Sequence record: NC_049853.1
Direction: 5' to 3' (one strand)
From: Escherichia phage Henu8
Length of the DNA: 49,890 nucleotides
Shown piece by piece: positions 7,480 to 16,813 of this stretch. Below the pieces are notes generated by a model, which was not told the DNA's origin, did not search any database, and saw only the letters and a program-made list of their open reading frames with translations. Each line of letters opens with the position of its first letter. The first letter of the stretch is position 1. A program made the translations under genes and the position numbers.

Positions 7480-7881
7480 ATGTTAGAGCTTAACGACATT
7501 CGCGTTGGAACAAAATTTCGCGTAACCTGGGCAGATGAATATTGCGGCGTTAGCAGGGGGCAGGTTGTTACGGTGGATAGTATTTATCGCGGATGCAGCA
7601 AAGACTTTCGCCGCCCACGCATCAAGAATGGCTATATCATTACTCGCCGTTTTGGCTTTGATCATTATTGCGTAGTGGCGACTCAAGGAGTTTTGATTGA
7701 GCTTCAGCGAATCAGCGATCATCGCGGCTGTCATGTCAAAACAACGAAGATACCATCTCAGCGATCGCGATACGATGCGCGCAGGATGCGCAGGCTTGCA
7801 CGAAACGCGATCAAGTTCAAAAAGCATGGTGGTAACTTTTACCGAATGTACAAAGGGATTGCGCGAAATGCTGGAAAATAA
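7480..7881 (+). CDS. hypothetical basic protein (133 aa)
   Basis: ORF 7447..7881 trimmed to ATG 7480 (GAGAGGA SD); the upstream ATG overlaps the -10 box. Confidence 0.55.
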   Translation: MLELNDIRVGTKFRVTWADEYCGVSRGQVVTVDSIYRGCSKDFRRPRIKNGYIITRRFGFDHYCVVATQGVLIELQRISDHRGCHVKTTKIPSQRSRYDARRMRRLARNAIKFKKHGGNFYRMYKGIARNAGK

Positions 7882-7980
7882 CAACAACGCAACCAATCCA
7901 AAGCCGCCATTTGATTTTCATGAAATCATGATTGTGTTATTCTTGATTCTCTTAGTTGTTTATTCAGTGAGGGCCGCAAT

Positions 7981-8244
7981 ATGGTTTTTAATGCACTAAA
8001 ACGAATCTTTAAACCTGAATACCGGATCGTTGCTTGCACAGAATGTAAGATTTATTACCTGCAACGCCGCCGCGTTATTAGTGGGGATTGGGAATATCTT
8101 ACGGATGATGCTTTCGGCTTTTGGGCTATGGAGTTCAATAGCTACAGCGAAGCGCGTGAATACGCTAAAAAGTTGCACAAGTTCAGACCTTACAAGCTGC
8201 GTTTGCTGGTTGTCAAAAAATGCGATGTGTGGGATCACGAATGA
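7981..8244 (+). CDS. hypothetical protein (87 aa, Cys-x2-Cys pair)
   Basis: ORF track; GAGGG SD. Confidence 0.5.
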   Translation: MVFNALKRIFKPEYRIVACTECKIYYLQRRRVISGDWEYLTDDAFGFWAMEFNSYSEAREYAKKLHKFRPYKLRLLVVKKCDVWDHE

Positions 8245-8420
8245 AAAGAGTAATTATCATTTTTATTGCCCTTATCGCTGGTTGCTACCTGGCATATAAT
8301 TATAGCGGCATTGTTGAGTCAATCGGCGGGTTGATTATCTTCATGGCTGGCGGGTATGCTGGCTATTATGATGGATTCGAAAACGGAAAGCGTTACATGC
8401 TGACCGGAAAAAAGAAGTAA
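8241..8420 (+). CDS. small membrane protein or lipoprotein (59 aa)
   Basis: ATGA overlap with upstream stop; MKRVIIIFIALIAGCY (possible lipobox IAGC) and Gly-rich hydrophobic segment. Confidence 0.45.
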   Translation: MKRVIIIFIALIAGCYLAYNYSGIVESIGGLIIFMAGGYAGYYDGFENGKRYMLTGKKK

Positions 8421-8463
8421 TGTTAACCGCGCCGCTTCGGTGGCGCTAAAAGGAGGAAACAAA

Positions 8464-8751
8464 ATGGCTAAAAGCAATCGTAAAATGTTGATTAACGCAT
8501 TCGAAAAGGCGGCGTTTGAGCGTGGTTGGAATGACTCATTTCACACGGCAAACTGTATCCGCCGTTACGGATTCAAGAATTGCCGCTCATGGGCGCGTCA
8601 AATGGCTTCATGGTATGATCTTGATGCACATTACCTTGATATGGATTGCGCCCTGGTTGAAATGATTGAGCAGGCCGCACTAGAGGATCGACCATTAACG
8701 CAATCTGATTTTGACGATTTTGTGCGCGATGAAATCTATTACATGAGCTAA
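8464..8751 (+). CDS. hypothetical protein (95 aa)
   Basis: ORF 8440..8751 trimmed to ATG 8464 with AAAGGAGGAAA SD. Confidence 0.6.
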   Translation: MAKSNRKMLINAFEKAAFERGWNDSFHTANCIRRYGFKNCRSWARQMASWYDLDAHYLDMDCALVEMIEQAALEDRPLTQSDFDDFVRDEIYYMS

Positions 8752-8794
8752 TAGCACTTTTTGTTAAAACTTCCGCGAGGGCATTTGTTAAAGT
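8751..8794 (+). promoter_or_regulatory. conserved phage promoter motif + weak -10 (TAAAGT)
   Basis: TAATAGCACTTTTTGTTAAAAC with stop TAA embedded; 18-nt spacer; TAAAGT. Confidence 0.35.
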
Positions 8795-8826
8795 GTCCTC
8801 ATTGAAGCGAAGCAGAGGAAATCAAA

Positions 8827-9039
8827 ATGAAAATTCGAATCACCAGGGTTGACATTGACCGCAATGACGGAAGCATTACCCTTGAGCAATGCGGATTCAA
8901 AGTTGGTGACATTGTAGAGGTTGACGGATTCTTTCGCGATGGTTCTTACTGCGTGTTAGCAATCCGCAACACGGAAGAAATTCGAATCGGTGATAACATC
9001 GGCGTAAACCATGACGAATGCGAGGTAGTAGAGGAATGA
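8827..9039 (+). CDS. hypothetical protein (70 aa)
   Basis: ORF track; GAGGAAA SD. Confidence 0.55.
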   Translation: MKIRITRVDIDRNDGSITLEQCGFKVGDIVEVDGFFRDGSYCVLAIRNTEEIRIGDNIGVNHDECEVVEE

Positions 9040-9344
9040 TCACGATTAACCTTTCAGAAGAGCAAGCAAAGAAACTCCTGCATGCTGTAGGTTCTCGTGC
9101 ACTTTGCGGATCAACTGATGAAATGATGATTGATCATGAGGTTGCAAGGGAGCTTTTTACTCAGCTTGAGCAAAAATTCTCACCACGTCCGACTGACACG
9201 GCAGAAACTGCAAAATGGCTTGCTGAGAATGGATACACGGCTTTAAAAGTTCATAACTGGAAGCGAAAGAATGAAAGCATGGAGTCGGCATTTGCCAATT
9301 ACGCCAAATCAGTTGCAAAGCAGGTAACGGAGAAATATAAATGA
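9036..9344 (+). CDS. hypothetical protein (102 aa)
   Basis: ORF 9018..9344 trimmed to ATG 9036 (ATGA overlap with upstream stop). Confidence 0.5.
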   Translation: MITINLSEEQAKKLLHAVGSRALCGSTDEMMIDHEVARELFTQLEQKFSPRPTDTAETAKWLAENGYTALKVHNWKRKNESMESAFANYAKSVAKQVTEKYK

Positions 9345-9655
9345 TTTACATTCACTACTACCATATCGGGACAAACGAAAACAAGCAGGAGCGCAGAACA
9401 ATTTGTGACACGCTCGACGATGCGAAATCACAGCAACAGGTTTTAGGCGGTGTAATTCAGGCTTTTGAGCCAGTGGAAGACATAGAGTACCGAGAGCACT
9501 TGAAAGAGATTTTTGTTGATGAAATTTCATCACTAATCGACGACATGACAAATCACGGGCCTGGTTCTCCGTGGGAAGAAGCTGGATCGACGGAGTGGGA
9601 TTGTGCTAAGGTTGCAACGCTTAACAACTTTCGTGAGTTGCTCGACGATTTTTAA
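9341..9655 (+). CDS. hypothetical acidic protein (104 aa)
   Basis: ORF track; GGAGA SD; about 22 Asp/Glu versus 8 Lys/Arg by manual count. Confidence 0.55.
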   Translation: MIYIHYYHIGTNENKQERRTICDTLDDAKSQQQVLGGVIQAFEPVEDIEYREHLKEIFVDEISSLIDDMTNHGPGSPWEEAGSTEWDCAKVATLNNFRELLDDF

Positions 9656-9725
9656 TTAAAATTGAATGCCTCATACAGCGAACAGGACGCATTTTGACGA
9701 GGCATTTTTTAGGTAAGGTGATTCA

Positions 9726-9854
9726 ATGGATAACTACATAAAACCGTCGCAGTGGTGCGCACAGAAGCAAGAGGAAGCATTAGAGCGCGGAGATACTGAA
9801 ACAGCAATGCACTATTTCGAAATGTACAACTTGTGGAAGGGTAGAGGTCTGTAA
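9726..9854 (+). CDS. hypothetical small protein (42 aa)
   Basis: Manual: AAGGTG SD, ATG 9726, MDNYIKPSQWCAQKQEEALERGDTETAMHYFEMYNLWKGRGL; stop TAA overlaps ATG of next gene; below ORF-track cutoff. Confidence 0.45.
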   Translation: MDNYIKPSQWCAQKQEEALERGDTETAMHYFEMYNLWKGRGL

Positions 9855-10084
9855 TGTTTGGAATGAACGAAGCACAATTCAACGCTGCAAAACGCCAGGC
9901 TAAGAAGTGCGGCGAGGCAATGAAGGCGGATGTTGAAAAGCGCGGGAAGTATGTTGATGAAGTTATGAAGGGCATTATTGCCGAACATTACCAGCCAGTT
10001 GCGCCAATGCTGACAATTACCCAATTCATCTGGTTGTGTGGTTATCTTCGTGGTAGATGGGGAAACGCATTTGACCGCGAATGA
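9854..10084 (+). CDS. hypothetical protein (76 aa)
   Basis: ORF track; translationally coupled to upstream small ORF. Confidence 0.55.
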   Translation: MFGMNEAQFNAAKRQAKKCGEAMKADVEKRGKYVDEVMKGIIAEHYQPVAPMLTITQFIWLCGYLRGRWGNAFDRE

Positions 10085-10231
10085 TTGACAACGATTTCCT
10101 GATTGGTTAGCATATTCAGCGTTTACATAAGAGCGGCATTAGTGCCGAACGGGTGGCGCGGTTGCCACGCAACAACGGCGATATGCAGGTTTTTACCGTA
10201 AGACGTATCGCCTTTTTTTATAGGTGAATAT

Positions 10232-10465
10232 ATGGAAAAGTACAAATTAACTTTCATGTTTAATGGCATGGTGATGAATCCCTTAAATGGTTACGCTTGC
10301 AATAGCTTTTCTGTTACCGTTAATGAGGATGAAATTGATGATGATGGAAAATTCATTCGAATTGGTGAATACTTGTACCCAGTGCACAATATCAATTGCA
10401 TCAAACGCGAGATCGTAAAAGATGAAGTACAATGTAAGGTTGACGATCAGGCGAATGGGGCGTAA
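10232..10465 (+). CDS. hypothetical protein (77 aa)
   Basis: ORF track; AGGTGA SD; preceded by TTGACA-17-TAGCAT promoter-like sequence at 10087-10115. Confidence 0.55.
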   Translation: MEKYKLTFMFNGMVMNPLNGYACNSFSVTVNEDEIDDDGKFIRIGEYLYPVHNINCIKREIVKDEVQCKVDDQANGA

Positions 10466-10607
10466 TTGCTCGTCATGTAGACAGAGTTTTGAATGTGAGG
10501 TTGAGGCGCGCGGAGAGCTTGAGGCAGCAGCAAGAGCAAAAGAGTTGTCCGGCGCTAATCAAGACACTCACCAGTTTTCAATAGATCTTGTAAGGAAAAT
10601 ATCATGA
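10422..10607 (+). CDS. hypothetical Cys-rich small protein (uncertain start)
   Basis: ORF track; overlaps upstream gene by 44 nt, no clear SD; end coupled to next gene. Confidence 0.35.
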   Translation: MKYNVRLTIRRMGRNCSSCRQSFECEVEARGELEAAARAKELSGANQDTHQFSIDLVRKIS

Positions 10608-10843
10608 GTTCTGTAATTATTGGTTTGGTTGCTTTAATCATTGGTGTTCTAATCGGCTTTGTCGCTGTATCTTTCGTGGTGGCTGTTGGTGTTCGCTATA
10701 AGTCAAAAAAAGGTGAATTTGCTTTAGCGTTTTGGGATGAAGAGCAGAAAGTTTGGCAGGTTCGCGGTCACTATTTATCAATCGGTGGCAGGATTCACAG
10801 CACTATGAAAACAAATCCAGAAAAAGTAAAATACAAGTATTGA
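10604..10843 (+). CDS. membrane protein (79 aa, N-terminal TM)
   Basis: ORF track; AAGGA SD; MSSVIIGLVALIIGVLIGFVAVSFVVAVGV hydrophobic N-terminus. Confidence 0.55.
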   Translation: MSSVIIGLVALIIGVLIGFVAVSFVVAVGVRYKSKKGEFALAFWDEEQKVWQVRGHYLSIGGRIHSTMKTNPEKVKYKY

Positions 10844-10850
10844 CCAACTA

Positions 10851-10875
10851 CCCGCCAAATGGCGGGTTTTTTATT
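10851..10875 (+). terminator. rho-independent terminator
   Basis: CCCGCC-AAAT-GGCGGG hairpin followed by TTTTTTATT. Confidence 0.6.
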
Positions 10876-10923
10876 GCCTGCAATTTGTCTATAATGAGGC
10901 TTTGTTATAAAGGAGGGCGCATT

Positions 10924-11445
10924 ATGGCTAAAAACGTTGAGCCAGCAGTAAAGGCTTGCAATTTTAAAAAACTATATAATAAGCAATATGGCGATATAGC
11001 AAAAATGACAAAGGCGCACAAGTACACGCCGGAGCAGGTATTTGATCTGGCTGTCCGTTACTTTACTTGGGCTGAGGAAAACCATATACAGGCTGCGGAA
11101 ACGGCATCCTTTCAGGGTGACGTATACGAAAGCAAGATTCACAAGCCGCGCGTGTTCACCTTAAACGGATTCCGCTTATTCGCTGGCCTTTCTGCTTCCG
11201 TGCTTGAAAAATGGCGACGCGAGCCAGGATTCAGCGATGTTATGGACTTTATCGACGGAGTTGTTTACGAGCAAAAATTCCAGCTTGCCGCAAACAATAT
11301 TGTTAACGCAGGATTCATTGGTAAAGAGATCGGCATTGAAAAGCCAGCTACCGTTACCATTGAGAATAACACAAGCGCCAGCGTTGACGCTGTAACGGCG
11401 GAGGAAGTCAAAGAGGCGGTAATTGACATTCTGGAGAAGATATAA
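10924..11445 (+). CDS. terminase small subunit (by position)
   Basis: ORF 10753..11445 trimmed to ATG 10924 with AAGGAGG SD; immediately upstream of and overlapping the large terminase ATG. Confidence 0.5.
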   Translation: MAKNVEPAVKACNFKKLYNKQYGDIAKMTKAHKYTPEQVFDLAVRYFTWAEENHIQAAETASFQGDVYESKIHKPRVFTLNGFRLFAGLSASVLEKWRREPGFSDVMDFIDGVVYEQKFQLAANNIVNAGFIGKEIGIEKPATVTIENNTSASVDAVTAEEVKEAVIDILEKI

Positions 11446-13013
11446 TGCTAATTTGGGAAGACTTAACAGCGGCGCAAAAACGCGCCGTTAAGGAAATGAG
11501 CGAATATTCATTCGAAAAGATGATCCGCATTTGGTTTCAACTTCTCCAGGGGCAAAGGTTCTTAGGAAACTGGCATTTCAGTTACCTATGCAGCGAAGTT
11601 GAAAAAATCATCAAAGGCGAGTCACAGAATGTAATTTTCAACATAACGCCAGGCAGTGGTAAAACAGAGATATTCTCGATCCACATGTCACCTTATGCGT
11701 CATTGAAAAGTAAGAAGGTGAGAAATCTTAATTTGTCGTTTAGTGATGGCCTTGTCCAGCAGAACAGCAACCGCATCAAAGAGATTATTGGTTCTCCAGA
11801 ATGGCAGGAGCTATGGCCTGGAAAGCTGGCAAAGGCGAGCGCAAAGGATTTGATTGTAACCGATGGCGGCAAGGTTAAATTGCAAGTTAACTCGCGTTCT
11901 ATCGGTGGTCAGGTTACTGGTCTGCGTGGCGGCTACATGGACGGTGGATTTACTGGTATGCTGGTTCTTGATGATCCAGACAAGCCGGATGATATGCTTT
12001 CTAAGGTGAAGAGAGAAGCCGGACACATGCGCCTAAAGAACACGGTGCGATCGCGTCGAATGAAGGACACCACGCCAATTGTGATGGTTCAGCAACGTCT
12101 ACACGTCAATGATTCAACATGGTTCATGACAAACTGCGGCATGGGCGGCATCCAGTTTAAGGTGGTCAGTATTCCGGCGCTCGTTACTAAGGAATATCGC
12201 GAAACGCTTCCTGATTGGTTAAAGCCTGAGTTTGATCGCGATGTTTTGTCCAGTAAGCCAGTGATGATTGATGGCGTTGCTCATTATTCATTCTGGCCTG
12301 CTAAAGAGAGCGCTGAGGAATTACTTGCACTTCGCAATGCTGATCCTTACACGTTCGCTAGTCAGTATCAGCAACAGCCTGTTGCGCTTGGCGGTAACGT
12401 GTTTAAAACAGAGTGGTTTCAGTATTACGGCAGCAGCGAGAAATGCACGCTACCAAAACCGGATCGCTTTGAATATACATTTATCACGGTTGATACCGCA
12501 CAGAAAACAGGGGAGCTTAACGACTACTCCGTGATCTGTTATTGGGGGATGTATAAAGATCGCGTTTACTTCATTGATGGTGTTCGCGGAAAATGGGAAG
12601 CACCAGACCTTGAGACTAATTTTGTTGCGTTCGTTAATCAGTGCTGGAAGCGCAATAAAGAATGCGGAACGTTGCGAAGGATTCATGTTGAAGATAAGTC
12701 ATCTGGCACTGGCTTGATTCAGAGCGCAGCGAAAAAAATCATGATCAAGATCAATCCCGTTCAGCGAGATAAAGATAAGGTTACGCGAGCAATGGACGCA
12801 GCGCCAGTAATGCGCGCCGGACGCGTGGCACTTCCAGAATCGCATCCTATGCTGGCTGAAATACTTGCTGAGGTTGCGGCGTTCACATTCGATGATTCGC
12901 ATCCTAATGATGATATTGTTGATAACATCATTGATGCGGTTAACATTGAAATGAACATGGCAGATGATCCGGTTGGAAGAATGAAAAAATTGGCAGGCTT
13001 GCGGAACAAATAG
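11445..13013 (+). CDS. terminase large subunit
   Basis: 522 aa; N-terminal ATPase with Walker A-like PGSGKT and Walker B-like VLDDPD, then nuclease-sized C-terminal half. Confidence 0.75.
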   Translation: MLIWEDLTAAQKRAVKEMSEYSFEKMIRIWFQLLQGQRFLGNWHFSYLCSEVEKIIKGESQNVIFNITPGSGKTEIFSIHMSPYASLKSKKVRNLNLSFSDGLVQQNSNRIKEIIGSPEWQELWPGKLAKASAKDLIVTDGGKVKLQVNSRSIGGQVTGLRGGYMDGGFTGMLVLDDPDKPDDMLSKVKREAGHMRLKNTVRSRRMKDTTPIVMVQQRLHVNDSTWFMTNCGMGGIQFKVVSIPALVTKEYRETLPDWLKPEFDRDVLSSKPVMIDGVAHYSFWPAKESAEELLALRNADPYTFASQYQQQPVALGGNVFKTEWFQYYGSSEKCTLPKPDRFEYTFITVDTAQKTGELNDYSVICYWGMYKDRVYFIDGVRGKWEAPDLETNFVAFVNQCWKRNKECGTLRRIHVEDKSSGTGLIQSAAKKIMIKINPVQRDKDKVTRAMDAAPVMRAGRVALPESHPMLAEILAEVAAFTFDDSHPNDDIVDNIIDAVNIEMNMADDPVGRMKKLAGLRNK

Positions 13014-13043
13014 CACGAATCGACAAACCAATATATAATCAAA

Positions 13044-13069
13044 GGCTGGTAAATCCAGCCTTTTTTATT
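13044..13069 (+). terminator. hairpin plus T-run (terminator or attenuator) between terminase and portal
   Basis: GGCTGG-TAAAT-CCAGCC followed by TTTTTTATT; preceded by TATAAT at 13034-13039 and a degenerate copy of the promoter motif. Confidence 0.45.
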
Positions 13070-13081
13070 GGAGGAAAGATA

Positions 13082-14362
13082 ATGAGTAAATCACGAATCG
13101 TTAAGGCTGATGGCTATAACGAGATCTTTAAAGGCGAGAATTGCAAATCGCGAGTAGAGCAACCATTCTACATGCAATCAATGCCATACAAGACACTTGC
13201 TGACTTTTACGAAAAAGACGGCCTGGCAAAAAGGGTTATTGACGTAGTACCAGAGGAAATGGTTTCCCCTGGCTTCACGGTTGACGGCGTGGCAGACGAG
13301 GCAGCATTTCGTTCTTTGTGGGATGAGAAGCGATTGAATGCAAAAATTATTGATGCGCTTTGCTGGTCGCGTTTGTTTGGTGGATCTGCAATCATTGCTC
13401 TTGTTCAGGATGGGCGAGCGCTCAAATCACCTGTAAAGCCTGGTGCCATGTTGGAGGATGTGCGAGTTTACGATCGCTATCAGATTCGCGTTGAAGCGCG
13501 CGAAACTAATCCCCGCAAGGTTCGCTATGGTGAGCCAGTGCTTTACACTGTAACGCCAGGCGGAGACTTGCCGGAATACCAGGTACACTACACGCGAGTT
13601 TGCATTATCGACGGTGAGCGGATACCTAACGCAAAGCGACGCAGCAATGACGGCTGGGGTGAGTCAGTTCTTAACAAGCGGCTTGTTGAGGCTATTGTTG
13701 ATTATAACTATTGTGAAACATTAGCGACGCAATTATTGCGGCGGAAGCAGCAGGCAGTATGGAAGGCTAAAGGACTTGCTGACTTGTGCGATGATGAAGA
13801 AGGTGTTAGCGCGGCACGCTTGAGACTTGCGCAGGTTGACGATGAGGGCGGAGTAGGCAAGGCCATTGGTATTGATGCGGAGGATGAGGAATATGATGTT
13901 CTTAACTCTGACATTAGCGGCGTTGATTCTTTTCTGGAAAAGAAAATGGATCGCGTAGTTTCCCTTTCAGGTATTCATGAAATCATCCTGAAAAATAAAA
14001 ACGTTGGCGGCGTTAGCGCAAGCCAAAACACGGCGCTTGAAACATTCTATAAACTTATTGAGCGAAAACGCGTCGAGGATTACAAGCCTATCCTTGAATT
14101 TCTATTGCCGTTCATCATTAGTGAGCAGGAGTGGAGCATTGAGTTTTCACCATTGAGCGTGCCTAGCGATAAAGATCAGGCTGAAATTCTTAATAAGAAT
14201 ATCGACTCAATCAGCAAGGCTATTGATGGTCAGTTCCTTGATGTTGAAGAAGCGCGCGACACGTTGCGAGCAATCGCCCCAAGCGTTAAACTAAAGGACA
14301 CTAATAAAATCAAGCTGCCGGAGCCAACGGAGCCGGAGCCAGGCACACAGGGGAATGAGTAA
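13082..14362 (+). CDS. portal protein
   Basis: 426 aa directly after the large terminase; GGAGGAAAG SD; acidic C-terminus. Confidence 0.65.
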   Translation: MSKSRIVKADGYNEIFKGENCKSRVEQPFYMQSMPYKTLADFYEKDGLAKRVIDVVPEEMVSPGFTVDGVADEAAFRSLWDEKRLNAKIIDALCWSRLFGGSAIIALVQDGRALKSPVKPGAMLEDVRVYDRYQIRVEARETNPRKVRYGEPVLYTVTPGGDLPEYQVHYTRVCIIDGERIPNAKRRSNDGWGESVLNKRLVEAIVDYNYCETLATQLLRRKQQAVWKAKGLADLCDDEEGVSAARLRLAQVDDEGGVGKAIGIDAEDEEYDVLNSDISGVDSFLEKKMDRVVSLSGIHEIILKNKNVGGVSASQNTALETFYKLIERKRVEDYKPILEFLLPFIISEQEWSIEFSPLSVPSDKDQAEILNKNIDSISKAIDGQFLDVEEARDTLRAIAPSVKLKDTNKIKLPEPTEPEPGTQGNE

Positions 14363-15126
14363 TGAAAGTGAAGGGCGTCGTTAAACAATGGCGCTTTCCT
14401 GAAGCAAGCGAGCGGCAATTTAGCCGCTCAATTCAGGAGGCAATTAGAGATCTTGTGGTTCTCATGCGCAAGCGAACAAAAGCGATGAAGTTTGACGCAA
14501 CAGATAATGAGATCAACAGCGCAGAAGATGAAATTAACAGCCTGGCAACTGACCTTATAGCTGGCATTATTTCAACTCTTCCGGCAATCGCGTTGACCAT
14601 CTATAAATTCAATGCGAAGCAGTTTATCAATGTTGCCAAGTCAACTGGCGGAAAGGATAATACGGCGGTAATTGTTTTGATCGCGGTTGGCGCTAACGCT
14701 AACGAGGATTGGTATCAGACGCTCTACGGTCAATGGCACGGGCTTACAGAATCATCGCTAAGGAAGTTATTCACAAACATTGTTTCTGATTGGTCAACAA
14801 ACATTCGCAATGCAAACTTTCGCGGAAGCAATGATAAACAGGTTAATGATCTTGCAGAAAAGAGATTTGCTGTTTATAGCTCTTGGGGCAAAACAAGATC
14901 AGAAAACATTATCGGCGCGTGGAATAGTCGCCTGATGCGCCAGCGCCTTTATGATGCTAAGGTGACTCATTATTTCTGGCATGGAATGTTAGATGATAGA
15001 GAGCGCTTGCAGCATGTGTTATGGGAAGGTAAAAGAATAGCGCTTGATGCAATTCATGATTTCCCTGGTGAGCCGTGGGGTTGCCGTTGCTGGGCGATTC
15101 CAGATTGGAATAATAAAGGAGAGTAA
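14362..15126 (+). CDS. head morphogenesis / minor capsid protein
   Basis: 254 aa; start overlaps portal stop; position portal to scaffold. Confidence 0.45.
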   Translation: MKVKGVVKQWRFPEASERQFSRSIQEAIRDLVVLMRKRTKAMKFDATDNEINSAEDEINSLATDLIAGIISTLPAIALTIYKFNAKQFINVAKSTGGKDNTAVIVLIAVGANANEDWYQTLYGQWHGLTESSLRKLFTNIVSDWSTNIRNANFRGSNDKQVNDLAEKRFAVYSSWGKTRSENIIGAWNSRLMRQRLYDAKVTHYFWHGMLDDRERLQHVLWEGKRIALDAIHDFPGEPWGCRCWAIPDWNNKGE

Positions 15127-15130
15127 ATTA

Positions 15131-16243
15131 ATGAAGGCAAAACAAAGATTTGATAGCGTCCAGGTTAAGGCGCATTTTGATGATAATGGCTTTTTAGTGG
15201 ATCGCCCAATTGTGGCGCGAATTGGCTTGCAGGAGTACCGCACACCGTATGGAATCAGACGAGAGTTCCGTCCAGCGTCCGAGGTGTTCAAGGCTGATTC
15301 CCTTGCTACGTTCGCAGGCAAGCCGATCACTATCGGTCACGTCACAGTGACGCCAGATAATGCGGATCAGGTTGTTGTTGGTTCATGCGCTGGTGCTGGT
15401 GTTCCAAATGGTGTTGGCGTTGAAGTTCCGTTAAGCATTTACTCAAAGCGAGCAATTGAGAGCGCAAAAAAGAAAGACACGGCGGAAATTTCAGTTGGTT
15501 ACACATCGGTTGATATTGACAAGCCAGGCTGGGGTAATAATAAAACCGGTGATTACTTGTTTGAGGAAGATCTAAAGGAAGACTGGGAGCCTGATTCTCC
15601 TGATTGGGTTAAATTTGACGCCATTCAGACGAATATCCGTGTTAATCACATTGCACTTGTCTTTCGCGGTCGTGCTGGCATTGCCAAATTAAATCTTGAT
15701 AGTGAACAGGATTTTCCGTATAGTGACGAGGTTCTAAATGACAAAGGAGATGAGGAAATGACAGTAAAAATTAAACTTGATGGCGCGGTAGAATTTGATG
15801 TTCCAAAGGCCGTTGCTGATCATATTGAGGCGTTAAAGGCAGATGCAAAAGCTGCAACCGAAAAAGCTGATGGCCTTGAGGCCGAGCGCGACGCCCTGAA
15901 AACTAAAGTCGATGGCATTCCGGCGCAGATTGCAGAAGCTGTTAAGAAGGCAAAGACTGACGCAGAAGAACACGCCAAGCTGGTTGCAGATGCAACTGAA
16001 ATTGGCATCAAGTGTGACGGCTTGGACGCTAAAGCGATCAAGGTTGCTTACGTCAAAGAAGTCACTGGCGCTGATATTTCAGAAAAAGCCGATGCATATA
16101 TTGAAACAGCTTTTGACCTTGCGAAGCAGTCTGATAAAATGGCGGCGCAGCGTAAATCTGTTAAGGGCGATTCTTTCGAATCTGGCAAGGGTGAAAAAAC
16201 CGACTCCCTTGATCCGACTGCGCGTTTGAAAAAACTTAAATAA
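15131..16243 (+). CDS. capsid scaffolding protein (possibly protease-scaffold)
   Basis: Trimmed to ATG 15131 (AAAGGAGAG SD); C-terminal Ala/Lys/Glu-rich coiled-coil-like region typical of scaffolds. Confidence 0.5.
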   Translation: MKAKQRFDSVQVKAHFDDNGFLVDRPIVARIGLQEYRTPYGIRREFRPASEVFKADSLATFAGKPITIGHVTVTPDNADQVVVGSCAGAGVPNGVGVEVPLSIYSKRAIESAKKKDTAEISVGYTSVDIDKPGWGNNKTGDYLFEEDLKEDWEPDSPDWVKFDAIQTNIRVNHIALVFRGRAGIAKLNLDSEQDFPYSDEVLNDKGDEEMTVKIKLDGAVEFDVPKAVADHIEALKADAKAATEKADGLEAERDALKTKVDGIPAQIAEAVKKAKTDAEEHAKLVADATEIGIKCDGLDAKAIKVAYVKEVTGADISEKADAYIETAFDLAKQSDKMAAQRKSVKGDSFESGKGEKTDSLDPTARLKKLK

Positions 16244-16255
16244 GGAGAAATAAAC

Positions 16256-16768
16256 ATGGCTACAATTGGAGCAAGTTATTTTGCTGTAATGTCTCGTGCG
16301 TTACCTGGTCAGGTTTCTGACACTTCAGCTTATAATATTGATGGCGCTTGTGTTCTTGAGAATGCGGCAGGCAATCAGAATCAGTCTGTTTTTGTTGGTG
16401 TGGCGGTCCAGCATGGCGGCGTTGATGCGATGGGTAATAAACTGATCAAGCCTATGGCGGCAAGCGGCAAGGCTTACGGCGTTGCAATTCGATCTCACTT
16501 TCAGACAACTTCGGCTGAAGGTCGAATGATTTATGAATCTGGCGGCGGAATCAACGTAATGACTGAAGGGCGTGTTTGGATGTTGGCTAAAGACGCATCC
16601 GCGCCAGCGTTCGGCACTACAATCAAGCTGTCTGATGATGGTCAGGTTGATACAGGGTCTGGCACTATCGAAACAAACTGGATCGCAACTGGTGACTTTA
16701 CCGAGTTTCAAGGCTTGAAGCTGGTAGAGGTTCAGGTGCAAAAAGTTCCGGCAGTTTCAGCAGGTTAA
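16256..16768 (+). CDS. head structural protein (candidate decoration protein), paralogue 1
   Basis: 170 aa; AAGGAGA SD; shares GVAV...G.VWML...AP.FG...DG motifs with the next gene. Confidence 0.5.
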   Translation: MATIGASYFAVMSRALPGQVSDTSAYNIDGACVLENAAGNQNQSVFVGVAVQHGGVDAMGNKLIKPMAASGKAYGVAIRSHFQTTSAEGRMIYESGGGINVMTEGRVWMLAKDASAPAFGTTIKLSDDGQVDTGSGTIETNWIATGDFTEFQGLKLVEVQVQKVPAVSAG

Positions 16769-16775
16769 TAAATAT

Positions 16776-16800
16776 GGCGCTCACTGAGCGCCTTTTTTAT
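16776..16800 (+). terminator. rho-independent terminator
   Basis: GGCGCTC-ACT-GAGCGCC hairpin followed by TTTTTTAT. Confidence 0.55.
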
Positions 16801-16813
16801 ATTTGGGGTTATC

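Noticed and set aside
10100-10180. Possible tRNA gene in intergenic regions (for example 10100-10180)
   Set aside because: No segment with cloverleaf-compatible pairing or a conserved T-loop (GTTCRANYC) was seen by eye anywhere in the window; not checked computationally.
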